From assembly GCA_951406725.2 (NCBI GenBank), contig OX597832.1, positions 19,778,001 to 19,842,000 of the forward strand: DNA of 64,000 nt, written 5' to 3'. The position numbers were made by a program, and so were the translations under genes. Source of the DNA: Octopus vulgaris (lineage: Eukaryota). This document shows positions 1-13,550 of this stretch, in pieces (positions within the stretch are counted from its first letter, which is position 1; the number at the start of each line of letters is the position of its first letter). Under the pieces are notes generated by a model. That model did no database searches. It saw nothing but the letters and a program-made list of their open reading frames with translations, and was not told where the DNA came from.

Positions 1-167
1 CAAAACAAAACAAAAAATAACGACGACAACAATAACGAGATCAGTTTTCTAATTCAAGTCATTCTTAGATGTAATGACATTGAAAGCCGGGAAAGATGTC
101 GATCCGTCAAAATTGATCACCACTTCAAAAACAACGAAAAACACTAGTTTGCAACACACACACACGG

Positions 168-317
<150 letters not shown>

Positions 318-635
318 AAACATACGTGTGTATTTATGCTTATGGCCGAATGTGTGTGAGTGTTCATTTAATTAATTAACTAGGTGGGAAATTTAAAATA
401 ACTGGAATCCCTGATGTAAGTATTAGGGGACGGTTGTAGTTGTTTATTTTAAAATTATCTAGAAAAAATACTAGCCATACCCACTTAGTTTGCAAAGAAA
501 TCAACTCGAGTTTTCTCCTTTTATTAACAATAACAATAGTCTATAAATATATCCGTTTACTCAATTTTTCCTTCTATACAAAACTTCTTCGAAAGTTCAT
601 CTCTTCGCATATTTGTTTAATTTGTCTTTCTCTGA

Positions 636-683
<48 letters not shown>

Positions 684-759
684 TATTTTATATGCCATGC
701 CTCTGTCTGCTATTTTGAATTAGTCCTTTTTTATCCAGTAGGGTGTGTCCTGGTGGATG

Positions 760-793
<34 letters not shown>

Positions 794-866
794 GCATATA
801 TATACATATGTATACAAACATATATATATATACACGTGTTTGTGTATGTATATTTATATATATATG

Positions 867-979
<113 letters not shown>

Positions 980-1476
980 ATATATGTATATATATATATA
1001 TAACCAGAATAACAGTGAAACTATGAAAACAAAGATGGCTGTTTTCTCTTGATCTTGCAGTAGAATACCAACTAAAAATGATTGCGTTTATTTTTAAAAG
1101 ACCTATTTTGGGTGTCTCTCATTTTCTGCTAGTTTCATCCAGGCGTGTAGAAAGCCTGTATTCACGCAATGGGATCCATAGATTTCAGTAACAGCAGCAC
1201 AGCGAAACAGTGGAAGCATCACCAGCGCTGTAGTAATAGGACGATGGTGATGACAACGATGATGACGACACCTTAACAATCAGATGTAATAGACTTAGCC
1301 CTTTCCATGAAAACTGCTGGTAATGCGCCAAAATGTGCCAAAATTTGAAATCATTGAAAGAAGGGCGGTGTGCCTTGACCACAAACATTGCAATTGAGAA
1401 GTAATAGTGACAACAAAACGTGTGTCTTGAAATTCAAAGACAAGCCCTGGACCTGTGATCTTTAATGCATTTAGAA

Positions 1477-1737
1477 TAGTGATTCTCAACCGTGATCCCT
1501 TGGAGATCCCTGAACCTTTGCTGTTCCATAGAAAATTACTTTTTATTAAAATTTATGTGCAATAAATTACTTAATGCTTTTTCAATACACCAGATACCTT
1601 AACAATTTTTTATATGTAATTCCAAAGAATTTTTAATTATAATGGGATTTCTTAAAACATCAGATGGCTATAAGGGATCACCCGAGTACATATGGGAATC
1701 CAAGGGGTCCATAGCTGAAAATGCTTGAGAACTACTG
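1477..1737. mobile_element. hAT (Charlie/MER5-like) MITE, degenerate
   Basis: Termini tagtgattctcaacc ... gcttgagaactactg match the CAGTGGTTCTCAA TIR type. The 8-bp TSD is not convincingly preserved. Confidence 0.6.
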
Positions 1738-1784
1738 GTTCTCAAAAGATCCCTTATAACAAAGCCTTAGACTAGTCCCCTAAT

Positions 1785-2180
1785 AATCCTTTCCTCTGTA
1801 GATACAGAGCCTAAAATTTTGGAGGGTGGCGGCTGGTCGACTACATCATTACTAGTGATCAAGTGGTACTTGTTTTATCAACCCCGAAAGGATAAAAAGA
1901 AATCGGCAGTATTTGAACTTAGAGGGTAAAGACGGGCAAAATAACGATGTTGCTTATTCGCTGCCGTAGTTTTGTCGTGACAAATGGTTTCAAATTTTGT
2001 CACATTGCCAGCAGTCTTCAGAGAAAGGGCTATGTCTATTACATCTGATTCTATATTTTATCCACCCAGAAAGGATGAAAGGCAAAGATGACTTCGGCTG
2101 CATTTGGACTCAATACGTAAAGACAGACGAAATGCCGCTAAGCATTTTGCCCGGAGTGCTACCGTTTCTGCAACCCCGCA
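1785..2180 (-). mobile_element. two degenerate SINE family A copies
   Basis: Shared core tttatc.accccgaaaggatgaaaggcaaag..gac.tcggc.g.atttgaactca also seen at 16770, 29110, 43420 and 61880. Confidence 0.75.
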
Positions 2181-2229
2181 AACTTAGCTTGGTCTTCTAA
2201 TGATACTACATTCTTACTATTTAAATTTT

Positions 2230-2620
2230 AAAATTCTTTTTAAATAATAAGACATCGTACTACATACTATAACCTTTAAATTTCTTGGAAGATACTGGTT
2301 CTCCCACCTTGGTTTAAAGATAACATTTACGAGATGTGAATCTAACACAGTAACGTGTAAGCAGAAATAAGACGACTAGAAATTAAATTAATCGAAAGGT
2401 TATTTAGATAAAATATTGAAATATTCTATTTAGATGCCTTGTATGCTGTATTTTAATATGCAATTCTCATTGTGTAACTGTCGTGTGAACACCCCCAGAC
2501 GATGAAGTAGGCTAGCCCAATACGTAGATATAGAGTTGAGTAGTAGACTTAACAGTGGAAACGAGGATTTCGTAGATGGCACAGCCACTGTGTAGTATTG
2601 TGATATAACAGTAACAATGA
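2230..2620 (+). mobile_element. possible Penelope-like 3' remnant with degenerate hammerhead motif
   Basis: ISWKIL-like peptide near 2280, reminiscent of the PLE GIY-YIG C-terminal part, followed by acgatga...gaaacgaggatttcgta (2499-2574). Confidence 0.3.
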
Positions 2621-3303
2621 TACGCAGTTTATAGTCTGTCCAGTCTGGTTTTAGATTGTTGTTACCGACGAAGATTTTAATTTTCCCCCATCAGTATGAT
2701 GGCAAACCCTAGGCTAAAGTGATCTTTTATCATAGCAATAATTTCCCCATTATTTTTCTTGCAGGAGAGTATTTTTCCAAAACCATTTGTTTGAGTAGTG
2801 GCTGTATTCGGAAGCTGAAACTTGCGTCTTTACACAACTGTATTGCTCTATGATATAATAGCGTCATATTCGTAAAAGACACGCTTTCACACAGGAAATA
2901 GATTTTTGGATGAGAATGTTTGTTTTCATCAGGAAGCCAAAACATCCAGCTCTTAGTTTAATAGCCCACAAAATTATCTACTCGACCAGGTGTTTTATAT
3001 AAACATATACGCTCAGTGTTCATTCGTATGTGTGTATATACATTAAACACTTTTTAAAAAATCAGTGGTGTTTATGGTATCGCTTTATATCTCGTTTCTA
3101 GACGTTCGATTCATACGTATATGGATAGATATAAATAAAGTAAGTAGAAGGGTGAATATAATCGACTAATCCCTTAAAATTTGTAATCTAGTCTAATGAA
3201 TGACTGAAAACAATAAAAATGTACAGATTCACACACGCATGAACTCACACATACGTACACATATGTGTGTGTGCGTAAGTGTGTTTATGAGTGTGAGTAT
3301 GTG

Positions 3304-3350
<47 letters not shown>

Positions 3351-3383
3351 CTCTCTCCTTTCTCTCTCTCACTTTCTCTCGCT

Positions 3384-3431
<48 letters not shown>

Positions 3432-4269
3432 CCTAAAGCGTTATAGATTACACAAGAACGCGACGGTTTAAATTTAGAATTTCTTTATGTCTTCATCGAT
3501 CGATTAATGTTTGAACAAAATATTTTATATTTAGTAATTTTAATTCCTAACATGAATTTATTCAACCAGTACACTTGCATATTAAATACGGTCATATGAA
3601 TTTTCGTTATCAGAATTAGCCAGCACAGCGTTATATGTTCTACTTATTTTTAAGAAGCAACCGAATGACAGTTTCGTTTTAATATCTTTCACAAAAAGTT
3701 TTGAGAATTAATAATTTATGATTATGTATAAACGATCCTCGATCGCAGAACAGGTTCTCTTTAAAGGGTATCATGATGATTAAGAAAAATTTTAAATTTC
3801 TTCAGCTATTTTTAATACAGGATTCTTTTGCAGCGGTCATTGGTATAGTAGAGACGTTCATGTTATTGGTCTGTTTCCTGGCTTGCCTGGATAATTTATT
3901 GTAGCATGAGAGATGAGAAGTGTTCCGTCATTAATTATCTCGATCCTTATTCATTTCTTGCTAGAAACGCACATTTTCTTGGTCTTACACATTGCTGTGT
4001 TGCATATTCTGAGAGAGAGAGTAAGTGAGAAAGAAAACAAAAGAGCTAGATAGAGAGAGAGAGAGAGAGGTGCTGGCCACAACACTTGACTCACACTTTA
4101 AGTATCAAATTCTGAAGTATGTAAATAGATGTAGAAATTCAAACGTAAAGAGACGGAACAATCATTTTAGTGCATTTTTCTTGGCATTTTTCTTGTAAAG
4201 ATCATTTGTGGTTTCCGGAGGCTCTAAAAATACAGCCAGCCCACCAATCTATTATCTATGCCCAACTTC

Positions 4270-5515
4270 TTTCAAATTTTGGTTCAAATCCAGAAATTTT
4301 GAAGGGAGGTCGCCTATCGATTACGTTAGATGAGTACATATTTTTTATCGACTCCGAAAGGTAAAATTAAACTCGTTGGAATTTGAATTGGGAATGTAAT
4401 GAGCAGGAAAAAAATACCGCAAAGTATTTTTCGCTTTCTGACGCTCGAAGAATTCTGCTTACTCGCCATATTCATTCAACCTTCATAATTCTTTCACGTC
4501 TTAGGAGGAGTGGATGCATCGATTCCATCGATGAATTACTCAAGCTGTACTTACTTTATAGACACTGAAATGATGAAAGTCAAATTTGAACTCGACGGTA
4601 TTTAGACTCTGAACGTAAAGAGCCGAAGGAATGCTTCTAAGCACTTTGTCCCACGAGCTAACGATTCTGCAATTTCGATCTTAAGCACAAAGTCACAGAA
4701 TTTATGTCAAAAAATAGTCGACTAAAGCAGTTTTAGTTTGTGATTTGTTAGTATTATTCTAGCTCTGGTAAAAAAGATGGTTGTAGAATACCCTAACGTG
4801 GTTTTAAGCAGAAACCTTAAGGGAAATGTAAGATATAGCCAAGAATTATTATCCGGTTGTAAGGTTGGCAAGCTGATAAAATTTTTAGCACGCTGGGCAA
4901 AATGCTTTGCGGCCTTTCATCCGTCTGTACGTTCTGAGTTCAAATTCTGCCGAGATCGACATTCATCCTTTCGGGGTTAACAAAATAAGTATCAGTTGAA
5001 CACTGGGATCATTGTAATCAACTTACCCTTGTACCTTCACTGAAATTGCTGGTTGTCGGCCAAAAATTGAAATCGTTATTACCCGTGAGTAAGGGAGCAA
5101 GCAGGCCGGACAAAATGCTTAGCATAATGTTATTCTTTTTCATGTCCTGAATCCAAGTTCCGCCGTGCCCGCTTTGCTTTCGTACTTTCGAGGTCCATAA
5201 AATACGTAGCATTTGCGCATGAGAGTCGATGTAATTGATTTACCCACCCACCGAATTTGCTGGCTTTGTGCCAAAATGTGAAACCATTATTATTCGGCAG
5301 TAAGGAAAGAAACTGGCCGAATCGTAAGTACGCCGGATAAAATGCATTCCAGGATTTCAATCGTCTTTACGTTCTCAGCTCATATACCACAACGACCGCC
5401 TTTGTCTTTTATCGTTTTGGAGTCGGTAAAAAAGATAACAGCTGGGCACTGGGTTTGGTGTAATGCTCTACATCCCTCCCTGCAAATTTCAGGCCTAATG
5501 CTTATAGAAGAAAAT
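4270..5515. mobile_element. cluster of about five degenerate SINE family A copies (two minus, three plus)
   Basis: Repeated head and core motifs (aaatgcttagc, gttctgagttcaaattc.gccgag, gatgtaat.ga.tta). Confidence 0.75.
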
Positions 5516-5563
5516 GTTCTTATCCGGTAGTCTACTGATTCGGTCAAAATCTACAATCATCTA

Positions 5564-6118
5564 TTGGGTTTTCCGGAAAGTTCGTGCCGATTTATATCCA
5601 CTTATTTTAGAACATGGTTGAGTTCATAAATTAGGATTTGACTACACCTCCATTTAGAGCACGGTTTAAGCTATCTTTTCGTGGAAGAAGGTTTATGTTC
5701 CTATAACCTGTGTTAATCCTGTAAACATTTAAAATGGAAGATAAGAAAGTTCATTTTTGGCACCTGATGCTTTGGGAACCAGACAAAAATTGCTGCAGCT
5801 CCGCTGGGATGTGTTACCCCACCCTCCATATTCACCAAATATTGCTCCCTCGGATTTTAACTTATTCAGGTCTCTGCAGAAGAGTCTTAATGGTAAAAAT
5901 TTCAATTCCTTGGATTACGTAAAAAAGATGCCACGATGAATTCTTTACCATGAAACCGCCTCAATTCTGGGAAGAGGGTATTTTCAAGTTAAAGGAATGA
6001 TGGAGACGCATTGTGCAACAAAATGTTTCATATTTGGTTGATTAAAAATGCAATGGCAAGTATTTATTGACCATTTTCTTTCCTTTAAATATCTGCACGA
6101 ACTTTCCGGACAACCCAA
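5564..6118 (+). mobile_element. internally deleted mariner (mellifera-like), both TIRs intact
   Basis: TIRs ttgggttttccggaaagttcgtgccgattt / aaatatctgcacgaactttccggacaacccaa, TA on both sides. Peptides MEDKKVHFWHLML (N-terminus) and TRQKLLQLRWDVLPHPPYSPNIAPSDFNLFRSLQ (YSPDLAPSD motif). Confidence 0.95.
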
Positions 6119-6173
6119 TACAACACAAACCGTAACATTACTACATCACTACACTAAACCATTCGTAATACAA

Positions 6174-6192
6174 AATAATAATAATGATGATG

Positions 6193-6265
<73 letters not shown>

Positions 6266-6275
6266 TAATAATAAA
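6174..6275. repeat. (AAT)n microsatellite
   Basis: Directly visible. Confidence 0.97.
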
Positions 6276-7570
6276 TAAATAACTACATTTCCAGTGTCTT
6301 GTGAGATATTTGTATTTATTCGTTTTAATTAATTTTTTCATTTCTCTGTCGAAATATACAAATTAATCACGAAACGGCGTAAGCATTATTGAGATTTATT
6401 TTAAAACGATAATGGAGAGATTTCTCTGAGGCTTGCTACCATATTTAGAACTAATAATGTTTCTTGACCTTTAACCTTTCACATACGACCATTCCTTTTC
6501 TCTATGCCGAACATATTGCACAAACTTTCCACTCCAAGAGATATTGCCTAGGAAGAAGGAAAAATTGTTTTCTTCATTATTCTCATGCAACCTTCCATCT
6601 TCCCTGCTACAATTCCACGTCTTCCATTCTTTCTTTCATTCATTCTTTCTTTCTGCCATTCTTTAGTTCTGGTTTCATTCATTCATTCACCCTTTTTTTC
6701 TTTCTGTTTACTTTATTTATTTATTTATTACATTCTTTAAAAAATATTTTTTCTCTATCGTTTTCACTCACTTCCTTTCTTTCATTACTTACCAAATTCC
6801 TTTGTGACATTTCCTCTTATACTTGTTTCTTCTTTCTTTCTACTGTTGATTCATTTTCTTCTTCTTCTCCCTCTTTTAATGCAAAAATTATGACAACAAG
6901 GCCAAAGACCGCAAAAAAACCCTAAAAAACTGAAGGGAGCATTTTGCATACTAAATCCAACTAGGGTAGCGTCTCGCATACTTATTTACAGTAAGCTAAA
7001 AATCGCCGATTCGCTACGATTATCCATGCACTTATCAAATAAAAACTCCCTCAAGGAGTATGTACAATATTAAAATTCAACAAATAAGGGAGATAACTTC
7101 AATTAACTCAAGTAATTTTGAAATGTGCAGAAAAATCAATAGAGGAGTGGACTTGGTCACATTTCAAACTTATATTAACATTAACACGAACACAAACATT
7201 AAAACACAAAAGTAGATACGTATATCCTTACATACACAATCACACATATAAAGACACAAGTAATATCCCTTTAGTTTTTATTCGACGCATGGAGTTATAA
7301 AATCCATTGATTGAAGCGATAAACTAAATGGACTCCAGGGGTATTTAGCCAACGCTAGATGAGTTTTATATGCAGCTTTTTGTATTGCAATGTTTTACGA
7401 TTTCATTTTTTTTTTAGGATTCAACATTAAGACTGAAGCCGTTCCCTTTAGATTTCTGTGAGGTCACATGGAAAGTACAGAGTACATGCATATACATACA
7501 CATACATACACTCATATATATATGTATATATAGAAATACATTCATATATATGTATATATATATATAAATG

Positions 7571-7626
<56 letters not shown>

Positions 7627-7661
7627 TTCACAGGTGCGCGTGCTCACATACATACACAAAT

Positions 7662-7718
<57 letters not shown>

Positions 7719-7906
7719 AGAAGGAGGAGGAGAAGGAGAAGGAGAAGAAGGAGAAGGAGGTGAAGGAGAAGAAGAAGGAGAAGAAGAAGAAGAAGAAGAA
7801 GAAGAAGAAGAAGAAGAAGAAGAAGAAGAAGAAGAAGAAGAAGAAGAAGAAGAAGAAGAAGAAGAAGAAGAAGAAGAAGAAGAAGAAGAAGAAGAAGAAG
7901 AAGAAG
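7662..7906. repeat. compound (GATA)n-(GGA/GAA)n array
   Basis: Directly visible; long pure GAA tract. Confidence 0.97.
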
Positions 7907-8144
7907 GGATTAACAAATCTAAGAAATTTTATGAAAATATTTGTGCCATATATGCGTTGACTGAATACAGAACAAAAACTTGGGATTACATTTACGGAAT
8001 AGGAGAAAGAAATGGAAGGCAGAGCAAATGAATAAGAAGAGTAAAGAAAGGAAGAAAAGTTAAGTCAGAAATACTAAAGGAAACGACGGGAATATATATC
8101 TTTATTTAATAAATAAGAAACGTACATACTGAATTATATGTAAT

Positions 8145-8840
8145 TCTTTCAAATTTTGGGAAAAGGCCTAGAGATTTGGGGAGAAACGCAAGTCGATTAC
8201 ATTGACCTCTGTGTTCAACCCATACTTATTTTATCAAGCATGAAAGGGATGAAATATTGGGTTGTCCGGAAAGTTCGTGCCGATTTATAGTAGCTTACCT
8301 TTTGACTTACTTTAGAACATGGTTGAGTCCATAAAATAGGATTTGGCTACACCTCCATTTAGAGCACAGTTTAAGCTATCTTTTCGTGGAAGAAGGTTTA
8401 TGTTCCTATAATCTGTGTTAATTCTGTAACCATTTAAAATGGAAGAGAAGGAAGTTTTTCCGCACTTAATGCTTTGGGAACCAGACAAAAATTGCTGCAG
8501 CTCGGCTGGGATGTGTTACCCCACTCTCTATATTCACCAGATATTGTTCCTTCGGATTTCCACTTATTCAGGTCTCTGTAGAAGAGTCTTAATGGTAAAA
8601 ATTTCAATTCCTTGGATGACGTAAAAAGATACCTTGATGAATTCTTTGCCATGAAACCACCTCAATTCTGGGAAGAGGGTATTTTCAAATTAAAGGAATG
8701 ATGGAGACGCATTGTGCAACAAAATGTTTCATATTTGGTTGATTAAAAATGTAATGGCAAGTATTTATTGACCTTTTTTTTCTTTTAAAAATATAAAGCA
8801 TTTTATCCGGTGTGCTAACGATTCTGCCAGATCACCGCTA
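8145..8840 (-). mobile_element. SINE family A interrupted by the second mariner copy
   Basis: SINE tail and core at 8145-8254; head (aagcattttatccggtgtgctaacgattctgccagatcaccgc) resumes at about 8796. Confidence 0.75.
8257..8793 (+). mobile_element. second copy of the same deleted mariner, right TIR lost
   Basis: Left TIR ttgggttgtccggaaagttcgtgccgattt after TA; collinear with 5564-6118, including the atgctttggg|aaccagac deletion junction. Confidence 0.93.
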
Positions 8841-9654
8841 GATTTTTTTAAAGCTAGCATGTCGTAAAAAATGAAAAGAGCAAACCTTTATTTTTGCTCA
8901 GCATTTGTCTTCCTTTTTATATTCTATCTTGCTTTATAACGTATTTCTAACACGTGTGCTTCCGCCCCCAGAAAGCTTCATATACATCATGCTATTTTAA
9001 ATTACTCTTTCACTATTTTACAGGTTTCCAGACACCACAGACACATACACGAAAGCACACAAGCACACATTCACACACATAGATACATGCAATCACGCAT
9101 GTATATAAATAGAGAGAGGGAGAGAAGGAGGTGGAGGGAAGGAGGTGGAGAGAAAGATAGACATAGATTCAAATATTTGTATAACTTAATAATTGAATAG
9201 TAGATACAGAATTAATATATTTTTAATGGAATTACGTTTGCAATCGTTCAAGGAGAATGATGGGTAACAAAATCGTATTTAGTATTGATTCCAAAACTTC
9301 TATAATTTAGTTTAGTTCACCAAGGGGACTAATTAATGCCAAACGTTTGCTTCTGCAAAGACATAACTTCCTCCATTTTCTTTTTTCTTTTACAGAGTGC
9401 ATGCGTGTGTCTTTACGAGTATGTGTATTTATGTGTGTGTGTACTTGTTTGTATTTGTGTTTGTATGTATACGCCTATGAGTGTGTGTGTGTGTGTGTGT
9501 GTGTTTGTGTGTACGTGTGCGGCTGTTTATGTAGCATTCTAAATCTAAACGATTTCAGTGGATAGCGATATAATTACAAAGCAGGTAGAAAAATTGATTA
9601 TTTAGATATAAATTAATATCTTGATAATGTTTGCATTAATTTCGAAACATTATA

Positions 9655-9804
<150 letters not shown>

Positions 9805-9949
9805 TGGAGAGTACGATGGAATATATAATTATATTTCTTATCTCGATATCAGACAGAATTTACAGCTTTCAAACAAGCGCGTCAAGAGTTTTAACGTTTC
9901 ACCCACTGTGTGCAATTGTCTACTAGCATTCTTGTAAATGTCTAAAACT

Positions 9950-10850
9950 ATTTTGCAGATAATGCCTGCACATATTATAGAATTCCTTTCACACCATAAC
10001 CTTCATGTTTGTGAAACGAGGTAAATTCAAAATGTTCTTCAACTTTTATCTTAAGAATATGGTGAGATTGTTAGAATGCAGTGCGGCATTGTGTCTTTGT
10101 GTAAAAAGGTGTTTCACTTTCAATGATCCAGTTTACGTAAATATAAATACATATGATGAAGGTAACAATAAGTTACCTCTACAGGTTGCTTATTCTTTGT
10201 ATAATAGCCAAATGTTTGTGTATGTTGTAACATCGAATGTAAATTGTTCAGTGGGCGTGCTAAACGGGCTTTTATAACTTGCTATGAGGGTGGCTCTCAA
10301 ACAATTATATAACAATAATTGCTTGTACATCTCAAATATTAAGCAAGGTGTTACTATGATGTAAGCGATGCGCAAAAGTATTTGATATGGAGAAATAATT
10401 ATCTGTTTAACAAATGAGGTAATTTCCTTCAGATGAAATTAATGGCTCACTGCATAAGCCTGATTCATTCCCAACATATATTCCCCGTGTTTTCTATCTT
10501 AATGGGTGCAATATTTTCTCCTTTTTGTTGAATTCACTTCGTGATTGCATGGTGCCTGTTTCAAGCACACTGCATGGAACCTTATGAAGCATCTTTTACT
10601 AAAGACCTGTGTCAACCAATGTCTTGTGAGATAAACCCAATTCGGACTTAGGTAGGATAGATACTTCATATTCACCCGGTTTAAAGTTATCACCTTGCTC
10701 TTGGGAGTCTTTAGTGGAAACCTCTCCCTTGAAAATATTAAGACTAAATCTGTCTGTGAATAACTTCCTTTGTTTCTCCCACCTCTCAATGAGACTCTCT
10801 GAAAATGGTAGCCATAGATACAATATCTCTCACGTGTTGTCCTGTAGCAC
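9950..10850 (-). pseudogene. decayed P-element/THAP9-like transposase, C-terminal half
   Basis: Manual minus-strand translation gives motifs in the expected order: GLSHKTL, SVLETGTMQS (cf. YVLTGxxQSD), SEGNYLIC (cf. SGGNYxIS; 10433-10410), IAYII, RGNLLLPSS (cf. RGGLxxPS; 10180-10154), KEFYNMCRHY. Several stops and indels. Confidence 0.5.
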
Positions 10851-11242
10851 CTTATTTTAAGAAGCGACAATATGATGCCTAATTTAGAAAAGAAGAACAT
10901 TGCACTGTGCTACATCAAGAAAGCCTAGCAGTCACTAGAAAAGCACAGGACAGAGTGTCTTACGCAATCCAACGTGCCTCTCCTCTACCTTATGTGTATG
11001 TACAGTGAACATTGGAACTTGCACAATATACTTGCATCTCTTCCATTCCAATCAAACAAACTTCTATAAATATTTGAAATTAGAACGGGTTCATGTCTTA
11101 CAATTAAAAGGGTATTATGGGGTCAGGAAGTTAGTACGAATTAATTGAAACATACCAAGTTGAATCATTCCGTTGAGTGTTTTGCATTGGATTAAGATGA
11201 GAAGACAAATACAAATTCTCTGTGGGTGACACATTTTATTCG

Positions 11243-11534
11243 ATGGCCGATGCCAGCACCGCCTCGACTGGCTTCTGTGCCGGTGGCACATAAAAATCAC
11301 CGACCGATCGTGGCCGATGCCAGACCCCTCTGGCTCCTGTGCAGGTGGCACGTAAAAAGCACCCACTACACTCGCGGAGTGGTTGGCGTTAGGAAGGGCA
11401 TCCAGCCGTAGAAATTCTGCCAGATCAGACTGGAGCCTGGTGCAGCCCCTGGCTTCCCAGACCCCGGTCGAACCGTCCAACCCGTGCTAGCGCGGAAAAC
11501 GGACGTTAAACGACGATGATGATGATGATGATGA
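11243..11534 (+). mobile_element. 5'-truncated GC-rich SINE/LINE-tail element ending in (GAT)n
   Basis: Internal tandem unit tggccgatgccag...tggct.ctgtgc.ggtggcac.taaaaa.cacc present twice; 3' end ggaaaacggacgttaaacgacgatgatgat. GC content far above background. Confidence 0.8.
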
Positions 11535-12049
11535 TTACGATATCCATGTTTCCTGGACGGGGACCATTTTGACTAATGTGCACAGCAGCAGGTTCGTATT
11601 GGAAGGATTATTTTACCAACTGATGTCAGTGCTTCTAATGAAGTGTAGTCTATATTTATCGGAAAATATATTTTATTTTAGAGCAAGTCACTCTTCTTGA
11701 AATTCAATTAACCGCATATTTTTACATAGATCAAATTGTGAAAAAAAAATCTTGTTTATGTCATGCAAATTTAGAAACTTTGGGAGATATGAAATAAATC
11801 ATGTTTAACCGTGGAACTTTAAGATGATAAATTATAAATAATAGTAGCTTTCGACTTTTCTATCCAATGTATTTTCATCTCAATATTTGGAGGATATTAT
11901 TTATAGATTTATCTACGAGTTCCAACGTTAAAAACGTTATATTTCCTCTCTCTTGAAATTTTGAGTTTCTCATGACATAAGCAACATAGAATTCTTGCTG
12001 GCAAGAACAAAGCTTCTAAAATCGATGTAGACATTCTATGAATTACGTT

Positions 12050-12420
12050 GGTACAATCGAAGAACATCAGCAATTCTTACAGATGTGGGTTCCAGTACAT
12101 TAAGCAGTCTTCGACTTTTTCCATACAAGGAATCTTCCAACATAATCTCTACGTGCAATTATTCATAGAATTATCTATGTCGAGTTCAACCGTTAAACAA
12201 CGATTTGTAATTTGTTGTGTTCATCATATAAAAGCAGATATTTAAAATATTGGCATACTGGTATACTATAGCTTCCTTAGCAGAGATAATGTATAATTGA
12301 CCATGTGCTGGATGATCATTTTCAGTTACAGAGTAAAGATAGAAGTCTTAAATTTCTAAAATCCATTTCCTTCAAGTGGATAAATTTCAACACTAAATTA
12401 AGGAAAGAAATCGGTGCAAT
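12050..12420 (-). pseudogene. decayed Helitron RepHel N-terminal fragment
   Basis: Minus translation SVEIYPLEGNGF*KFK then, after a frameshift, LYSVTENDHPAHGQLYIISAKEA; resembles the G.GPYxFRI...PxYGQLYIxD.xEA motif. Confidence 0.5.
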
Positions 12421-13440
12421 TTTTTTTCATGTAATTTTTATATTTTTCTTGACTTGTTTAGCTTCCTCATATTTTTTTTTCCCGAACAAGGAAATCTTCC
12501 TACTTATTTTACTGGGGGACATACTTCCAATTCTGTCTCGGAACGTTGTTTAAATGTGAATTAAGAAAACAATTTGTTGTGCAAAATTTGTTTAAACGTA
12601 ACAAGAAGAGTGAAAATATGACAATAAAATTGTGGTAGAAACATTTATTAAAACATTAAAAAATATAAAAAAATAAAAGATAAAAATACATGAAACTCAG
12701 ATACATTACATTTTGTGGTAGTGTCTGTTTCCTCTCAAAAGAAAAAAAAAGTAATTACCCTGTCAAAAATGAAGATGAGTGTATATTCATTTGCAACTCA
12801 GTGAAATATTTTTCTTAAACAATGATGTTAAGAATGAGCTTCAGCATTTAATAATGATTTTAAAATTATTGGAATGAATAGTGGAAAGGCGAATAATGAC
12901 AAGATACTCTAAATCATCTTGTTTGGCGAAATCCTGTTGAATCGCTGTGTAATTGTCCAAACAAAAAATATATATAAATTAACAAAATATTGTTATTTCT
13001 CTGATGAAGTCTGTGCGGTACCGAGCTCTTCACAAATGTAAAAACAGTTGGGAATTTTTCAACTTAGTTCCAGCCCCAGAGCTTTTGCTGCTTCTACATC
13101 AGGGCTCAGCCGGAGAGAAAATTTGTTGCTCAAACGGATGGGGACTTCAGAATATTTCGGGTGATGTAATTCGCAATAATTCCAAGGCAGAGTTTCATAC
13201 GACATATATACGAAATATTATCTTTAAAAATTGACTACGAATCTACCAGAAGATATTTGTTTCGAAATTTCCACGTTTTTAAAGCTCCCACATCACTGGT
13301 TCCCGTCTCTGTTTCAGCGCACGCAAACTGCTTTAACTTTTTCATGTTTGATGATTACGCATAAGAAATGTTAAATTTTATTTTTTCGTCCCCGACCACT
13401 TTTCTGTTTCTGATTTTACAAATAAGTAGTAACATATTAG

Positions 13441-13550
13441 AGGTTAGAGTTTATCGGTTTGAGTTTTAATTCTAGGTTTTAGGATTAGGATAGCGATAGG
13501 ATTTAGAGCTAGATTTAGGGTTAGACTTAGCGTTTAAGTTTAAGTTTAAA
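13441..13550 (+). repeat. degenerate telomere-like hexamer array (TTAGGG variants)
   Basis: ttagag, ttagga, ttaggg, ttagac, ttagcg, ttaagt units with 6-bp periodicity. Confidence 0.7.

Noticed and set aside
9870-9910. CACAGTG (reverse) heptamer, Transib/RSS-like terminus next to the P-like relic
   Set aside because: No matching partner TIR or TSD; a 7-mer is expected by chance.
13001-13060. CTGATGA hammerhead core start
   Set aside because: No stem II followed by GAAA, and no UH site.
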